Below, piece after piece: positions 1-12,989 of a DNA stretch of 64,000 nucleotides; positions within the stretch are counted from its first letter, which is position 1, and every line of letters begins with the position of its first letter. A program made the position numbers and the translations under genes. The DNA comes from Camelus dromedarius (Eukaryota): the NCBI RefSeq assembly GCF_036321535.1, contig NC_087436.1:102550001-102614000 (forward strand), read 5' to 3'. The notes under the pieces were generated by a model that was given only the letters and a program-made list of their open reading frames with translations, was not told the origin of the DNA and searched no databases.

Positions 1-877
1 CCCTGAAGCAGCAGCTGAGTTCCAGGGTATGCAGGGAGCCAAAGCAAACTGTAATTCCCAAACTCTATTCAGGTTGTCCTTTATCCAGTACTAAATCAAA
101 AAGGAGTTTGCTAGTATTTTTGTCAACCATCTCCATTCAGAGACTTGACAGCTTAATTGTGACACAGGATATTCTAAATCTTTCTTTTTGCATTTGCTTA
201 ATAAAATGCTCCCCTGCCACTTGAATTGCCCTTAGCCCTTTCTATGTTGGTGTATCCAAAACCACACTTTGCTCAGGTTACGGTTTAAAGCTCACAGTAT
301 GTTCAGTCCTTCTCAAGTCTTTATTCTCTAGACAATACTGAGATTTTCCCCATGTAAATATTTTTCTAGCCCATACTTCCTATATCTCACATATTTGCTG
401 TGTGGTTCTAATTTTTGTATACACAATTAGATTGTTAGTTTTACAATGAGAAATAAAGTAGATATATTTAGTACTTGGTACACTTTGAGTAAATACATCT
501 TAATTTTACATGGTATTTTACTATTTGCAAAGTACTTTTTCATTTATTTGTAAAACAGCTGCATATAAACATTTGATCAATTATCACTTTAGTTAGTATT
601 ATGGAGCATTACCCAGAGGCTTTTCCTACTTTCCCAATTTTCCAGCCATTATTAAAAATGTAAAAATTACCCCAAAACTTATATCAGGATATTTAAAGAA
701 CTAAAAATATGTAATATGTATCAACAGAAATAGAAGTAATTTGAGCACTCCAGGCAAGGAGAGGTTAATATATTCATTCAACACATTTAGGCACTTGAGT
801 TCACAAGATATTTTGCTTTACCCACATGCAAATACAAAAATGTGCACATTGTGATTCAAACTTCTCTTTTCCTTTGT

Positions 878-1430
878 TCATTAATTTAACAAATACACAG
901 AAGGATGACTGTGTACCAGGCACCTTGCCAAAAATCAGGAATATGACCACAAATAGGAGTCATTTTCTGTGATTAATCTTATAGATTAAGCTTCATTAAG
1001 GCTTTATTTAGTGAAGAATACGACCAAGTAAAGGGGTAATATATGTGATGTGGTCTCATGGAGGAAGGGCAGTTTGATACAAATAGGAAGGACAAGAATC
1101 TGTTCTTTAGTAGGATAAGGAAGAGCTCAGAGCTAAAGTGATGTCCAAGCTAAAATACTAAGCTGAGATCTTAAATTTATGGAAGACATATTTTCCAGAG
1201 ATGATGAACTATTGATGGTGTATTTGAAGTAGAAGAAACAGCAATTCTAATGGTGAAAAAGTAAAAATATTCTGGAATGGCAAAATCATGTAAGTAAATT
1301 TTTTAGTAAGCCTAGATTACAGACTGGGAAGGGACAAATAACTAGACAGGTACACAAAGTACAAAATGCAAACGATTGAATTTGGACTTCATGACAGAGA
1401 AGATGGGGAGTGATTTAAGAGGAAATCTAA
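878..1430 (-). mobile_element. L2 LINE 3' fragment (ancient)
   Basis: TTCATTAATTTAACAAATA...GACTGTGTACCAGGCACC resembles the antisense L2 3' end (attcattcaacaaatatttattgagcacctactatgtgccaggcact), followed by purine-rich L2-like body. Confidence 0.55.
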
Positions 1431-1789
1431 GAGGATTTTTTCCATTAATTTATGCAAAATATTTTGATACAATGAATTACAGTGAGGACATTCAAAGTAA
1501 AGACCAGTGTAAGGATTCATGAGATATGGAGGAGGCCTGATGGATTTATATTGATTATTTATTGAATTCAGGATATCAGCAAAAGAGTGAGAGTAATGGT
1601 TTATGCAGCTTAATTATGTTGATAATTCTGACCCATATACCATTCACTTAGAGTTCTGTGTCACTTTTTACGTGTGTGAATAGATCACTGTTTATTTATT
1701 CTCTCTCACACTGATGGAAAATTGGGTTATTTCCTGCTTTTTCCAAGAACAGTCTTGCCCATGTCTCCTCTTTTATATGCACGAATTGG

Positions 1790-2050
1790 AATATAACTTC
1801 TGTGTCCCGTTTTATGTGAAGTTTAATTTTAGGGGATGCTGTCAAACTGTTACTCAAAATGTTTGCAAACACTTCCACTCCGTCATCAATATAGGAGAGC
1901 CTGTGTTTGACAGTCTCTCCAATACTTGATATTACCACAATTTTTATTTTTTTAACCAATTTATTGTGTAGGATATGCATTATGATCTTGGTGTTTATTT
2001 CTCAAACCATGAATAGCATTGAACAATTTTTCATATGTTTTTTGGCCACA
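1790..2050 (-). mobile_element. old L1 (L1M) ORF2-end fragment
   Basis: GCTGTCAAACTGTTACTCAAAATGTTTGCAAACACTTCCACTCC and TTGAACAATTTTTCATATGTTTTTTGGCCA match antisense L1 ORF2 3' end motifs. Confidence 0.7.
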
Positions 2051-2064
2051 AATATAAATCAGCA

Positions 2065-2490
2065 AATGCAGTCAGAGATAGAAATATAAGACAACAATAT
2101 AGACCAAATCCTTGTGCTCAGTGAGTTTCTCTTTTCATGGGGGATACAGAAAAATACTATTGAAGTGCTAGATGGCTACATGCACTGTGCAGAAGGCAGA
2201 GTGTTGGTGTGGTGTGTTGCTTTAGATATTGGGGCTGGGGCTTGGCCTTCTTGAGAACATGATATTTAAGCAGCAAATTGAATGACAAGGAGAACAATCC
2301 TCTTGAATATATCGGGGAGCACAATTCAGGCTCATGGAATAAAACATGGAAAGGTCCTGAGATGGGGATGAGTTTGATGTGTTTTAAGAACAGCAGAAAA
2401 ACTAGTGCAGCTTGGTTGCCATAAGAAAGGAAGGAATTATGGTAGAAGCTGAGTTCAAAAAGGAAAGTAGCACTCAGCTAATAAAAGTTT
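2065..2490 (-). mobile_element. L2a-like fragment
   Basis: GAAAGGTCCTGAGATGGGGATGAGTTTGATGTGTTTTAAGAACAGCAGAAAAACTAGTGCAGCT is typical antisense L2. Confidence 0.7.
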
Positions 2491-2683
2491 ACTGAATTCT
2501 ATCATTTATCAGTCATTGTTTATGCAGGAAAGAAGCCAGACCTAGTTATGTCTCTCAAAAATATGTATTAAAGAACAAGTAAATATGCAAAGACTTCCTT
2601 TTCTTAGTGGGTTTTGTCAGTATTTTCTCTGCCCCTCATTTTGCAACATCTTTTATGCCAACTATCCTCTTTATTTGATCTCC

Positions 2684-2825
2684 ATGACAACTGTTGATGG
2701 AGAAAAACATTATCTGCATAGATGAGAAAATAGGAATAGATTCATTAATAAATTCAATTAGGTCACATAATTAGTAATGTGACGGGAATGAAAATTAAAT
2801 CCAAGTCTATGCCTCTAAGGCCATT
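2684..2825 (-). mobile_element. MIR SINE
   Basis: ATAGATGAGAAAA...AGGTCACATAATTAGTAATGTG...AAATCCAAGTCT resembles the antisense MIR core. Confidence 0.6.
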
Positions 2826-3288
2826 GGACATCAAGAGATTTTCTTTGGTAAAATACCATTGCCAAGGACAAATTTATGGCATGATCATCTTGTGGGCTAT
2901 GAATTTTCCTGGGAGCAAGGTGTTTACACTGAACTCAATGTGCAGGCAGAAAGAAGGACCAGACTGATCTACAATTTTATTTTTTTTTACTTTTCCTATG
3001 GCCACTATACTCCTACATTTGCTTATTCAAAGTTGGGTCTTTATTATGAATATAGAAATAGCAATTGTGTCTTGTAAGCTGTAAACTGTCAGTTGCAATA
3101 TTGTAGAAAGAGTTTCGTGTTGACTCAAGCACAACTCATGGATGGTTTGTTTGTTTGTTTGGGGGCAGTGTGTAACGATCACACTTTGGAATATTGAGCT
3201 CTTTTAGCAGTATTTGTAGAGTCACAGTGTATAGGCTGTAAGTAGATGGGGAGCAAAGTTATAGACTAGGGAAGTCTGTTTATAAACT

Positions 3289-3372
3289 ACAAAATGAGGG
3301 GGAATGGATGACTAAGTCTGATGCATCACAAAATGAGGGGGAATGGATGACTAAGTCTGATGCATCACAAAA
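3289..3372. repeat. perfect 39-bp tandem duplication
   Basis: ACAAAATGAGGGGGAATGGATGACTAAGTCTGATGCATC at 3289-3327 and 3328-3366, then ACAAAA at 3367-3372. Confidence 0.98.
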
Positions 3373-5980
3373 GCTAAATTTTCAGTTCAGATAGCTCATT
3401 TATCCTTCAAAATAATCTACAAAAATTGATAATACTGGGAAAAGGTGGCTGATTTTTCTGTTTAATATGAGAACTTTAAGTCAAGAGGGTGTCATTAAGA
3501 ATTTATTTAATCCTAAATCTTTTAAGAAATTCTATGAAATGTTTGGATACTTTCAAAGACCTCTAGAGAAAATTTGCCCTAAGTCTTCTTGTAGGCATAT
3601 TTTAGAGAACTCTAATGATTTCTATAGTCATGACTGGCTGCATATTCCTATGCATGGGTGGGGACAACCTGGCTCCTTGAAAAGAAGACTAGCAAGAATG
3701 ACTGAATTGGGCAAAGATGGATACACTTTGGGGATTTTTAGTTTTTGCTTTTGTCTTTGTTTTGTGTAGTATTATTTCTAGGACTGGCAGATGCGCCTCT
3801 AATCTCACATGAAACGCAAAGAGAAAACATTCCTTGAATCTGTGTGTGCAAAAGTCTGCAGAAAGTGTTTGTCGAATGACTAGAGCCTTGAATTGAAGAC
3901 AGAAGTAAATGAATAATTTAAATTCTACACTTAGCCAAGTACTAATCTTATTGAAATGTGGAATCTCTGCAATTTTATTGGGTTTTTATATTTCTTTTAT
4001 TAAAGTCTATGGAAGAGGTTGAAACTAAATCAAATCTAGACTTAGTATACAGCCACTAAAAAAGAATAAGACTGAAATCAAATTTGTATCTGAAGTACTT
4101 TGTTACCCCATTTTTAACATTCAAAATTACTCTCTTTGTTCTTGGAAAAAAATTGTCTCATAAGCAATATGATAATAGCATATCTTTAAGTCCAGGAGAA
4201 CAGAGTTGAAATGCTATGGAATAAATTTCACTTAAAAAAGAAACACAGTGAAAGAAGATTCAACCATAAGTTCTTCTTATCTCCCTAATTCTACAAGATG
4301 TTGACAAAATGTATAACAACCGTTTAGTACATGCAAATTAATAGGTCAATATATGATTTGGAATATATTTTTTCAAAGGTTGAGAAAGAGCTGAGAATAC
4401 CCAATTTTTTCCTTTTGGACTACTAAAATAGAAGCTCGTCTGTTCAACCCCCTGAGGGTTCAGTCCTGTAGAAATGATCTGTGGTCTTCTGGACATTTCA
4501 GGGCCCACAAGGTGACAGATCTTGTCTCTGCTGCAAAGTGAGCTATTCGGTGGCAAATCTGGGTGGCCTGCAGAATACGTTTCACCTCATTAAATATTTC
4601 TGGATCAGCTTGCTCCACTGGAATAGGACAGAAAGAAAGAAGGAATACCTGTGCCACAGGAAAAATAGTGGAGATGGGCAACACATGACTCAGCAGATTT
4701 CTTTCTTTCTTTTCTAAAATCTGTTCGAACAATTATTCTACTTTTGCCAAATAAGATTATTTTTCTTAAGGAGATGGATACACGCATGAATAATATGCAT
4801 AATAAGTTTCTCAGAAAGGCACTCATTAAATGCCTTGAGGCTAATAATGCCTATGATTCCATTCAAACCATTGGAAAGTCCATGCAGCCTCCATTACCTG
4901 GAAAGATCAAGCCACAGGGGAAGGCAGAATGCTAGTTCACTTCATCATTCTTGTGATAAAGATGGGAAAACATTTATTTTGTATATCAAATCTTGTAGTT
5001 GAAAGCAAAGTATAATTCCAGCTTTCTGGAAGGAAGATTCTAATTAGAATGACTGCACTTTTTTTTCCTTAATGTTCCAGCATGTCAGTGATGCCTCATA
5101 ATGGTCTTTCTGAGCATCAGTTCTCGCCTAAAACAGTGCACCCTTAGAAGTAATACAAAATTGGGATGTATGCAATTTGAATGTAGAGTATAATTCATAT
5201 GTGGAGTTTTATTTTTTCCAGTAATTGACCTGATTTTGTTTCCTTAAATTTTGCTAATAATGTCAAAAGAAATGTCTGTAAAACCACCGTGATTATTTGA
5301 ATCATGGGAACTTTTCCATTGTGGAATTGTGCTCTGTGACAATCTCTAGGTCAATCCCTTACCAAAATGTGTTCAAACTAAAAAAGAAGAAATAGTTAGC
5401 CCCATATATTCTCCTTAATTTACTAACACTAGTGTCTGTGTGTCTGCTACGCTTACAAACATAGACACACTTACTGATTGCTGTGGTCAAATATATTGAG
5501 TATGTATTATGTACCTGTCCCAATACACATTCCACTTAATGCTCTCAGAATTGCAGTGTTAGTATTACTTGTATTATGTATTTGGTAGCAGAACCCAGCA
5601 GAAACCAGGCCCCTATGGCTCCTAAGCTGCCTTTTCCCATATTATCCTGATACATAGTAACTGTGGTGAAGATGAAGATGATCATCATAAGGAAAAAACT
5701 ATTAGACAAGGAGAGAGAGAAAAAGGAAATAAGGAGGAAGAAGGGAAAAAGGCATATAACATTCTTGGGTCCTTAACATGTGGTAGTTAATGTTTCCATG
5801 TGGAAATTGCTTCTAGAAATTCTTAGGATATTTATGATTCTTTAATCCTGATTCCTGATAAAAATAAAATGAGAAAATAGGGAAACATAATATTTAATAA
5901 TACGTGATATCACTTAACAATATAATTATCCCACAGGAATTAAAGTTTACATAGAGATGTTACTGGTTCAAAGAAAGCAC

Positions 5981-5988
5981 TGACGTCA
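5981..5988. promoter_or_regulatory. full CRE palindrome (motif only)
   Basis: TGACGTCA with its CpG retained, in non-repeat DNA; function not shown. Confidence 0.2.
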
Positions 5989-7134
5989 TTTGAAGCAAGA
6001 GCAGAGTATTATTAAAACTTAAGGTTGACATTTCTGGGAATCTAGACAGGAGCTCATAAGAGAAACACAGATTTTCACTTGTAGCTGTTGTTATGTTCTA
6101 TAGATCCAGTCATGGACTTTTCTGCTATAAATGTTGAGACATTACTGCAGAGCAAATAAGTTTAATCACATACTGTACTTTATACAAATTCTATGAGTAG
6201 TGTCCTAAAAAATAATAAGTTTTAGAAGCAAAATAAGTACTTAAATGTCAGTTTCGACACATAATCCTGTGTAGCGCCGTTAACCTCTCTAGTACAATCA
6301 AATATGTTGTTTGAATACTATCCAATAATGCTCACTAGAATTTTACAGTGCTTAAAAATTTGCTCTAGGCTACAATTCTTTGCAAATGTTTTTAACAGAA
6401 GAAATACAAAGGAAAGAAAGGGTGAATGTTCTTGTGGAATGCTCCCTCACACATGAAACAGAAAATGATCACAGTTTTGAATTAAGAAAAATGGTGTCAA
6501 TTTCAAAGATAGAACCAAAATCAATGTAAGCAGACAAATATTTTTGTCATAAAAATGGAAATGAGCTTATATGAATCAACATGCATGTTAGTGATGAACA
6601 TGGAGACGCTTTGATAGACACACTTAATTCAACAGTCAACAGAAAATGAAAAAAAAATTCTACCTGTGACATACATGTCATGAAACAAAGACCAAAACAA
6701 TTACATAAAGCAATTAATATTTTGCATGTTTAAGATTATATCTGGAGAGTAATAAATGATAACTTCTAAGTATTCAGCGTTACAATATCATCTCTCAATG
6801 TGTAAATGGTTTTATTGGACATTTTAAAAACTTTGCCATTTATATGTGTTAATATTCTCCTTCCTAATGGTTTTACTCTCAAATATCTACAGCATATGCA
6901 CATAATCTTCATGATATTGAAATATATATTTATCACAAAATTTAATACATATAAAGTATTAAAGAAATTCCAGAAAACCAGTGATTTGAGATTCCCAAGA
7001 ACTCCCAGGAATCCCATTTATTATTCCCAAAACCCAAAGATTAATATCTTTCAAAATTTTTGAAAAAACTTTAAAATAAAGAATTGTAATTTGATGTCAT
7101 TTTATTTAGCATTATACATGCTTTATGTTATAGC

Positions 7135-7290
7135 TTTCAGCAAACCTATAAAATAAGCATCTTTATTATCCTCATCATATGTACGAGCAAACTTACTTTA
7201 GGAAAGCAAGGTCATTTGTCTAATACTATTCTCCTGGCAAGACTTAAGGCTAGGATTCAAGTCAAGTATGCCTGACTCCAAAAACTTTAT
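7135..7290 (-). mobile_element. MIR SINE
   Basis: TTATTATCCTCAT...GGCTAGGATTCAAGTCAAGTATGCCTGACTCCAAAA, antisense MIR core and head. Confidence 0.6.
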
Positions 7291-7899
7291 AAGTAATAAT
7301 TGGCATAAAATGACATTAAGCATGTAACTTCATGGTCTAAGGCTAGGCTTTGCTAACTGTCCAAATTATTTGTCTTGCTAAGGAATGTTTTTTCTAGCAT
7401 TGGAATATCATCTTAGTAATCAAGCTTCTCCTTTTCTTTAATTCCCTTATACAAACAGTGATTCCTCCATCAACTCTGATATCTACACCTTTAATACACT
7501 GGGAAAAAAAATCTAGATTTTGCTCTCTTGCTCAGTTTTCAGTCATTTGTTAAGTTTTAAGAATTTGACACCTCAAAAAAGAACTCAATTTCTTTCTCTG
7601 TTCTCCACTGCAATGACTGTCAGATTCTTTTACCATGGATATTAGCAACAAGTTCTTAAACTCCATTCCATGCTTTCTGAACTCCAAAATGATTTTGAGA
7701 TGGTACAAATGATTTATTACATCAACCTTTCTTCTTAACATGTAAATAATCCCTGTGTATCTATGATAGATTGTATTATCATCTACCGAATGTTTCCATT
7801 TCCTTTTCTTCAGGATCAGTAATGGCCCCAGGACTTGCTTTGGCCAGTTAAATATGAGTAGAAAGGACACATGACATTTTTGGCTAAAAGTATTAAGAA

Positions 7900-8108
7900 A
7901 CAGTTCCCACCGTTATAACTAGTGTTGAGCCAGATAAATGGTGTTTCATAAACCTGGGACCCTGAGTGAGGACAACATGGACCAGTGTGGTGAATGGCCT
8001 TAATTGGATGTGTTTTGTGAGGGGAAGAATGGAAGTTGTGGTTTTAGGCATCGAAAATATGGTGTCATTTTCTGTGACAATATAACCTAACCTACCCTGT
8101 CTGCTACA
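7900..8108 (+). mobile_element. MaLR LTR 3' part (MLT1I/J-like)
   Basis: CCTGGGACCCTGAGTGAGGACAACATGGA and end ATAACCTAACCTACCCTGTCTGCTACA (consensus ...cataacctagcctatcctgactaataca). Confidence 0.6.
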
Positions 8109-8249
8109 GTATCCATCACTCATAAGACATTAGTACTCCCAAGATTTGACATGCCAGATCCTTTATCATATGATTTCTATCAATATTTCCAGTTTCATCT
8201 AGCATTCTTTCCCCACGTCCCTGATATCAATAACATTTCAGATCCTTAA

Positions 8250-8578
8250 TGTTTTCTTGCACTGCCGTGCCTCTATCCATGTTTTAGCACATCCTTGTAA
8301 CACCCGTATTCCACAATATATAGTTTCCTCTGTGAAGTTTTTCCTAAAAGCATCTAATCCAGAACATGACCAATCCTGTGGTCTCCAAATGGCCCACATA
8401 TGGCCCAATTACTTTATTAAAAGGATCATGTCATAATATGTTGGGCACATTTAGATCCTTAACTGGACTGAGTGCAGTTTGTCTAGGACGGAGATGATTT
8501 GATGCACTTTTACATTACCACTGCCCAGCATGATGCAGTATATTATGCAGCTATTCAAGAAAACATTGTTGAAGATGT
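8250..8578 (+). mobile_element. L2 3' end fragment
   Basis: TTCCTCTGTGAAGTTTTTCC...CTGCCCAGCATGATGC...TTCAAGAAAACATTGTTGAA, degraded sense L2 terminus. Confidence 0.5.
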
Positions 8579-8635
8579 AAGTGATCAGTAAACAACAGAT
8601 TTGAAGTTAAATACAGATTCTTATTAGTAAGCAAC

Positions 8636-8722
8636 ATTCAAATATATAATATATATTTGAATATATATTTAAATATATAATAATCCAAAGGCAAATATAT
8701 AATGTATCCAAATATATAATAA
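8636..8722. repeat. AT-rich low-complexity repeat with 27-bp palindrome
   Basis: ATTCAAATATATA-A-TATATATTTGAAT (8636-8662); AAATATATAAT recurs four times. Confidence 0.8.
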
Positions 8723-9629
8723 TGCTTTAGTATGCATAGTAACATTCTGCCAAAAAATTGTAAGATATTTTAATCACCTATCCCTCTTTTAAGAAAACAA
8801 CATAATAGGTCAAGAACTTTTCTTGAAAAAACTTCACAACAGATGAAATGAGCTGACATGTCATCATTTCAGTTTTATCCAGCAAAGACCATTCATCCAC
8901 AAATGCAAAAATCTTTTCACTAGTTGGAATTTTTATCACTGAACAGGAGGAGTTTTTAGAACTATTTATCTTCACTATACTGTCACAAAGTCTGTGAGCT
9001 CCATGACAGCCCTATAGTTAATGAACTGGAATCCCCCTCTCTGTGTTCTAGAATTCTGTCTTTCTCTCCCACTCTTCCAGCCTAATTGTCTTCCTGGTGT
9101 TATAGTACAAACCTGTACAGTAGTCTGCGTTTAATCTCCATATCCCATCTTCCCAATTCATCTTGTTGGAAAGAATTCAACATCCTATAATTTTACCCTC
9201 CATTGAACTAGAATAATTTCTGCATTTAGATTATTCAGAGCCATTAACAGAACTTTGTTTCCACTAGCATTTAATTCTACTATAATCCAGTGTCAAATGC
9301 ATTAAATAACAGCATCTCACACTCCTCAGTGGCAAAGACAAACTGGCAAGGATCAGCAAGTGTTTAGAAATATCTTTCTGAACCACTATAATAATCATGT
9401 CATTATTATTGGGCCGTCATATGTACATTCTATTTTATGTGAAATCAAAGTCAGTTGCTCAAATAATAGCCTTTGCTACACTACACGCTAGTTACAGCCT
9501 CTTATGATAGAAAAGCTAGACAAGAATGCTTAATCTTCACAATAGATGTTTCTTCCTCAATATATGATGATTAGAAATTCAGAAAATTTAGGGTCCAACA
9601 GATGGCTGTATATTTCCCATAACTTGAGA

Positions 9630-10670
9630 TGTGAAGTAGAATTCCAGAGAGGGCTGCCATTAATTTTTTAAAGGCTTTATTTTTTTTAAGAGAAGTCCTA
9701 GATTCACAGTAAAATTGAGAGGAAGGTACAGAAGTTTCCCATATACCCCCTACCCATCCCTTGAATAGCCTCCCCCATTATCAACATCCCTCACCGGAGT
9801 GTCACACTTGTTACAAGTGCTGAACCTATACTGACACAACATAATCAATCAAAGACCATTGTTTACATTGGGGTTCACTCTTGGTGTTGTACATTCTACA
9901 AGTTTGGACAAATGTCTAATGACATGTATCCATATTATAGTATTATGCAGAGTATATCCACTTCCTTAAAAAACCTCCCATTCCCACTAACCACCACCAG
10001 TCTTTTTATTGTCTCTATAGTTTTGCCTTTTCCAGAACATCATACAGTTGGAATCACATAGTATGTAGACTTTTCAGATTGGTGTCTTTCGCTCAGTAAT
10101 ATGTATTTAAGATTCTTCCATGTCTTTTGGGGCTTGATACAGCATTTCTTTATAGCACTAACTAATATTCTATTGTCTGGATATATCACAGATTTTTTTT
10201 CCTCCCTTTAAATGCATATCATTTTCCTATTGAAGATGAAGTTTATTTCTCCTCCTTTTGAGTCTCTTCTGGCTTCATGTCTGCTGTGACCAACAGGAGA
10301 AGGCACAAGCAGTGTTCTGGGATTTCTGAACCCAATCCATAAGAACACTGGCAACATTCTCTTCTTTTTTTCTTGTGTGGCTTCTTCTTGGAATCCACAA
10401 GCCATGCTGTGAGGAAGCCCAAACAGCCACATGAACAGGCCTACACGGAGAAGAACTGAGGCCCCAGACCAACAGTTCCAGCAAAGCCCTCAGCCAACAG
10501 CCAGCTCTGATTGTGAGTGAGGCCATTTTATACCTTCTATCAATTCCATTGCCCCAGCCAACATCACTTGAACTAGAAGAACTGATCGATCAGTGATGAG
10601 AAATAAAAAAGGTTTTGTTTTAAGCCACTAAGCTTTGGGGTGGTTTGCTATGCAACAAAAGATAACTGTA
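9630..10670 (+). mobile_element. MaLR LTR (MLT1F/G/H-like), split by an L1 insertion
   Basis: 5' stub ...GAGGGCTGCCATTAAT at about 9630-9665; body from about 10200 with GCCATGCTGTGAGGAAGCCCAAACAGCCACATG and end TTTTAAGCCACTAAGCTTTGGGGTGGTTTGCTATGCAACAAAAGATAACTG. Confidence 0.75.
9675..10195 (-). mobile_element. L1MC1/L1MC2-like 3' end
   Basis: GATTCACAGTAAAATTGAGAGGAAGGTACAGAAG...GGGTTCACTCTTGGTGTTGTACATTCTA...GGAATCACATAGTATGTAGACTTTTCAGATTGG, diagnostic antisense L1MC 3'UTR. Confidence 0.9.
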
Positions 10671-10714
10671 ACTGGACTCTCCAATGAACTAAGTAAATAA
10701 CTGCTTATTCCACA

Positions 10715-10950
10715 GGGCAATGAATGACACTGTAAAGAGAGCGGACCTGGAACCAGACTGCTTTTGGTCAAATACTAGTTCTACCACTGACTAGCTGCAC
10801 GACCTTGGTCAAGCTACTTAACTTCCATGTATCTCACTTTTTTTTCTAATCTAAGACGTGATTGTCAGAGTTAAATTGTTAATGAGGTTAGTACAGGATT
10901 AGTGGTTAGAACAGTGCCTTGCAGATAGTACACGTATATATTAGCTATCT
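10715..10950 (+). mobile_element. MIR SINE (near full length)
   Basis: CTGGAACCAGACTGC...CTACCACTGACTAGCTGCACGACCTTGGTCAAGCTACTTAACTTC...TTAGAACAGTGCCTTGCA. Confidence 0.85.
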
Positions 10951-11539
10951 TTAGTTTCAACATAAACTTCTTAGTCATTAACCTGTCATTCAAGTCCCTT
11001 TATAATCTGTCCCTTTTATTAGTTTTTAGGCTTCCCTTCCACTATTTTTTGCATCTCGTAACTCATAGTCTAACTAATCTGAAAGAGGTGTTTCTCTGCT
11101 TCTGTAACATTATTCTTACCTTTCCCTCTATATTCTCTTTTCCAGAATATATTCATCCTTCAAACACTAGACTATTTCCTCTTCACTAACATTAATAATC
11201 CCCAATAACCCCACAGTGTATATTAAATTACCAATTCTTTAATAAGTAGTTGCTGTGAGCCTGGCTTTGTGAAGAGTAGTCAACAAGATGGGCATAAGAT
11301 CTAGTGGCAGAAAATATTCTTTAAGGACCCTGGTCTACTCGTGACACATCCTTAGATATTTTGCCCCTTATTCTTTTTTTCCCACTTGATAAACTCATTA
11401 ATTGAATTGTGAAGGTATTTAGCAAACATTTACTCACAACACATTCCAGCGTACTAATAATATTTAGTTGCAATATGCTTCCATATACCTTTTCTCTGAT
11501 TATACTATAAATTCCATTAACATCAACAGTACTATTTGC

Positions 11540-11670
11540 TCCATTTTGTGGGCCCTGAAACCAAGAAAATATGACCCAAATATGTGAAGTTCCAGATCAC
11601 CAGCTTGTGCATGGATGAGCAGGAATTCAAATCTAGGTTTTCTGCATCTGAAGCTCATGACATTTCTAAT
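11540..11670 (-). mobile_element. MIR fragment
   Basis: GAGCAGGAATTCAAATCTAGGTTTTCTGCATCTGAAGCTCATG, antisense MIR head. Confidence 0.5.
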
Positions 11671-12261
11671 TTAGACACTTGTATTTGTGAGCCCCTGTGT
11701 AATTGATCTTCAAGGAGAACCACACTTGGTTATAACACAAATTCCTGATATTTAAAAAGTTAAAATCAAGTTTTAAAAATTATATGAGTGTAGTATGCAG
11801 GAAAAAGAATTGCGATCAGGTAGGTAATTGTCATGTAAAAAATATGGGTCAGCAAAGGTATTACTGCAAGAAGGAGGAGTTACTGGGATCAAGGTTGTGG
11901 GCAGGTAGGTGTAGAAAGGATGAGTAGGAAAATAAGTGAGATTAATGCAATCTGGACTGTGCAAGTTACTAGCCTCTTTTTCAAAAGAAGCAATCTCCAT
12001 CATATTTATATTTGTAAAAAAATAAAAATGTTAGGTAAAAAGAGAACACTTCTCATTCTTTTGTACTTAATTCAGATTCTATAGTATACACAGTATACTT
12101 CTGCATACACAAGGACACTTAAAGTAATCTTCGCAAGTGTTATTTAAAATAAGTTCTAAAGTTCTAGAGTGCACTAGAATAAATTTCCCCTTCTTTGGGA
12201 GAGCATCCTGAAATATTCATAATACCAATAAATGATTGATGAGGAAAAAAAAACCTTATTA

Positions 12262-12532
12262 ATGTGTGGTTGTTAAGAGTTCCTGCTCTAAGCATGAACC
12301 CTTGACAAGATTATTAGCAAAGTCGTTTTTCATTTGCCTACAAACTATTTGTCCTAGGACATATTAGTTAAACTCTTTGATTCTTACATTTCTTATCTAC
12401 ACAGTGGAAATTAATAATAATTCCTGCTTTAGAGGGTTGTTGTCAAAATTAAATGTGATAATCCATGGAAAGAGCCTAATAGAGTGCCTACATATCACAG
12501 ACGTTCAATATTTTCAATAAATGTTATATAGT
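12262..12532 (+). mobile_element. MIRb-like SINE
   Basis: GTTAAGAG head; AGAGGGTTGTTGTCAAAATTAAATGTGATAATCCATGGAAAGAGCCTAATAGAGTGCCT...TCAATAAATGTT tail. Confidence 0.8.
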
Positions 12533-12989
12533 CGTAGTGATGATAGTAATAAGGAAACAGAATGTTCCTTAGAGAGTAAGTAACCCAATTATTACTACTA
12601 CTACTGATTGACTACTAAGTAAACCAAAATCCTAAGTAAATCAAGATGCTATTGACAGAGCAAGTACCATATTCACCAAGCCAGCATATCAACGTATTCG
12701 TAATCACCTCCACAAATACAACCTAGAATTTTGTATTCTATGTCTGTATTCAAGTCAGTCAAAGGAAATCCTCAAAATAACATCAAGACTTCAACCAGTC
12801 AATGGCCACGGATAGCCAGTCCTTTCTGGACATCTCCACATCAGGACCACGGCTTCCTCCAAGTTATCCTGGTCCGTCTCAACCTACCCCAATCACATAT
12901 ATAAAGTACATTCTCTTCCACCATTTCTGATTAATTATAAATGTCATAATAGCTTCTTGAATACTTCTTAAATGTCAGAATTCCTGCTA

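Noticed and set aside
3289..3372. CRISPR-like 39-bp repeat
   Set aside because: Two abutting copies with no spacer, no cas genes, mammalian context.
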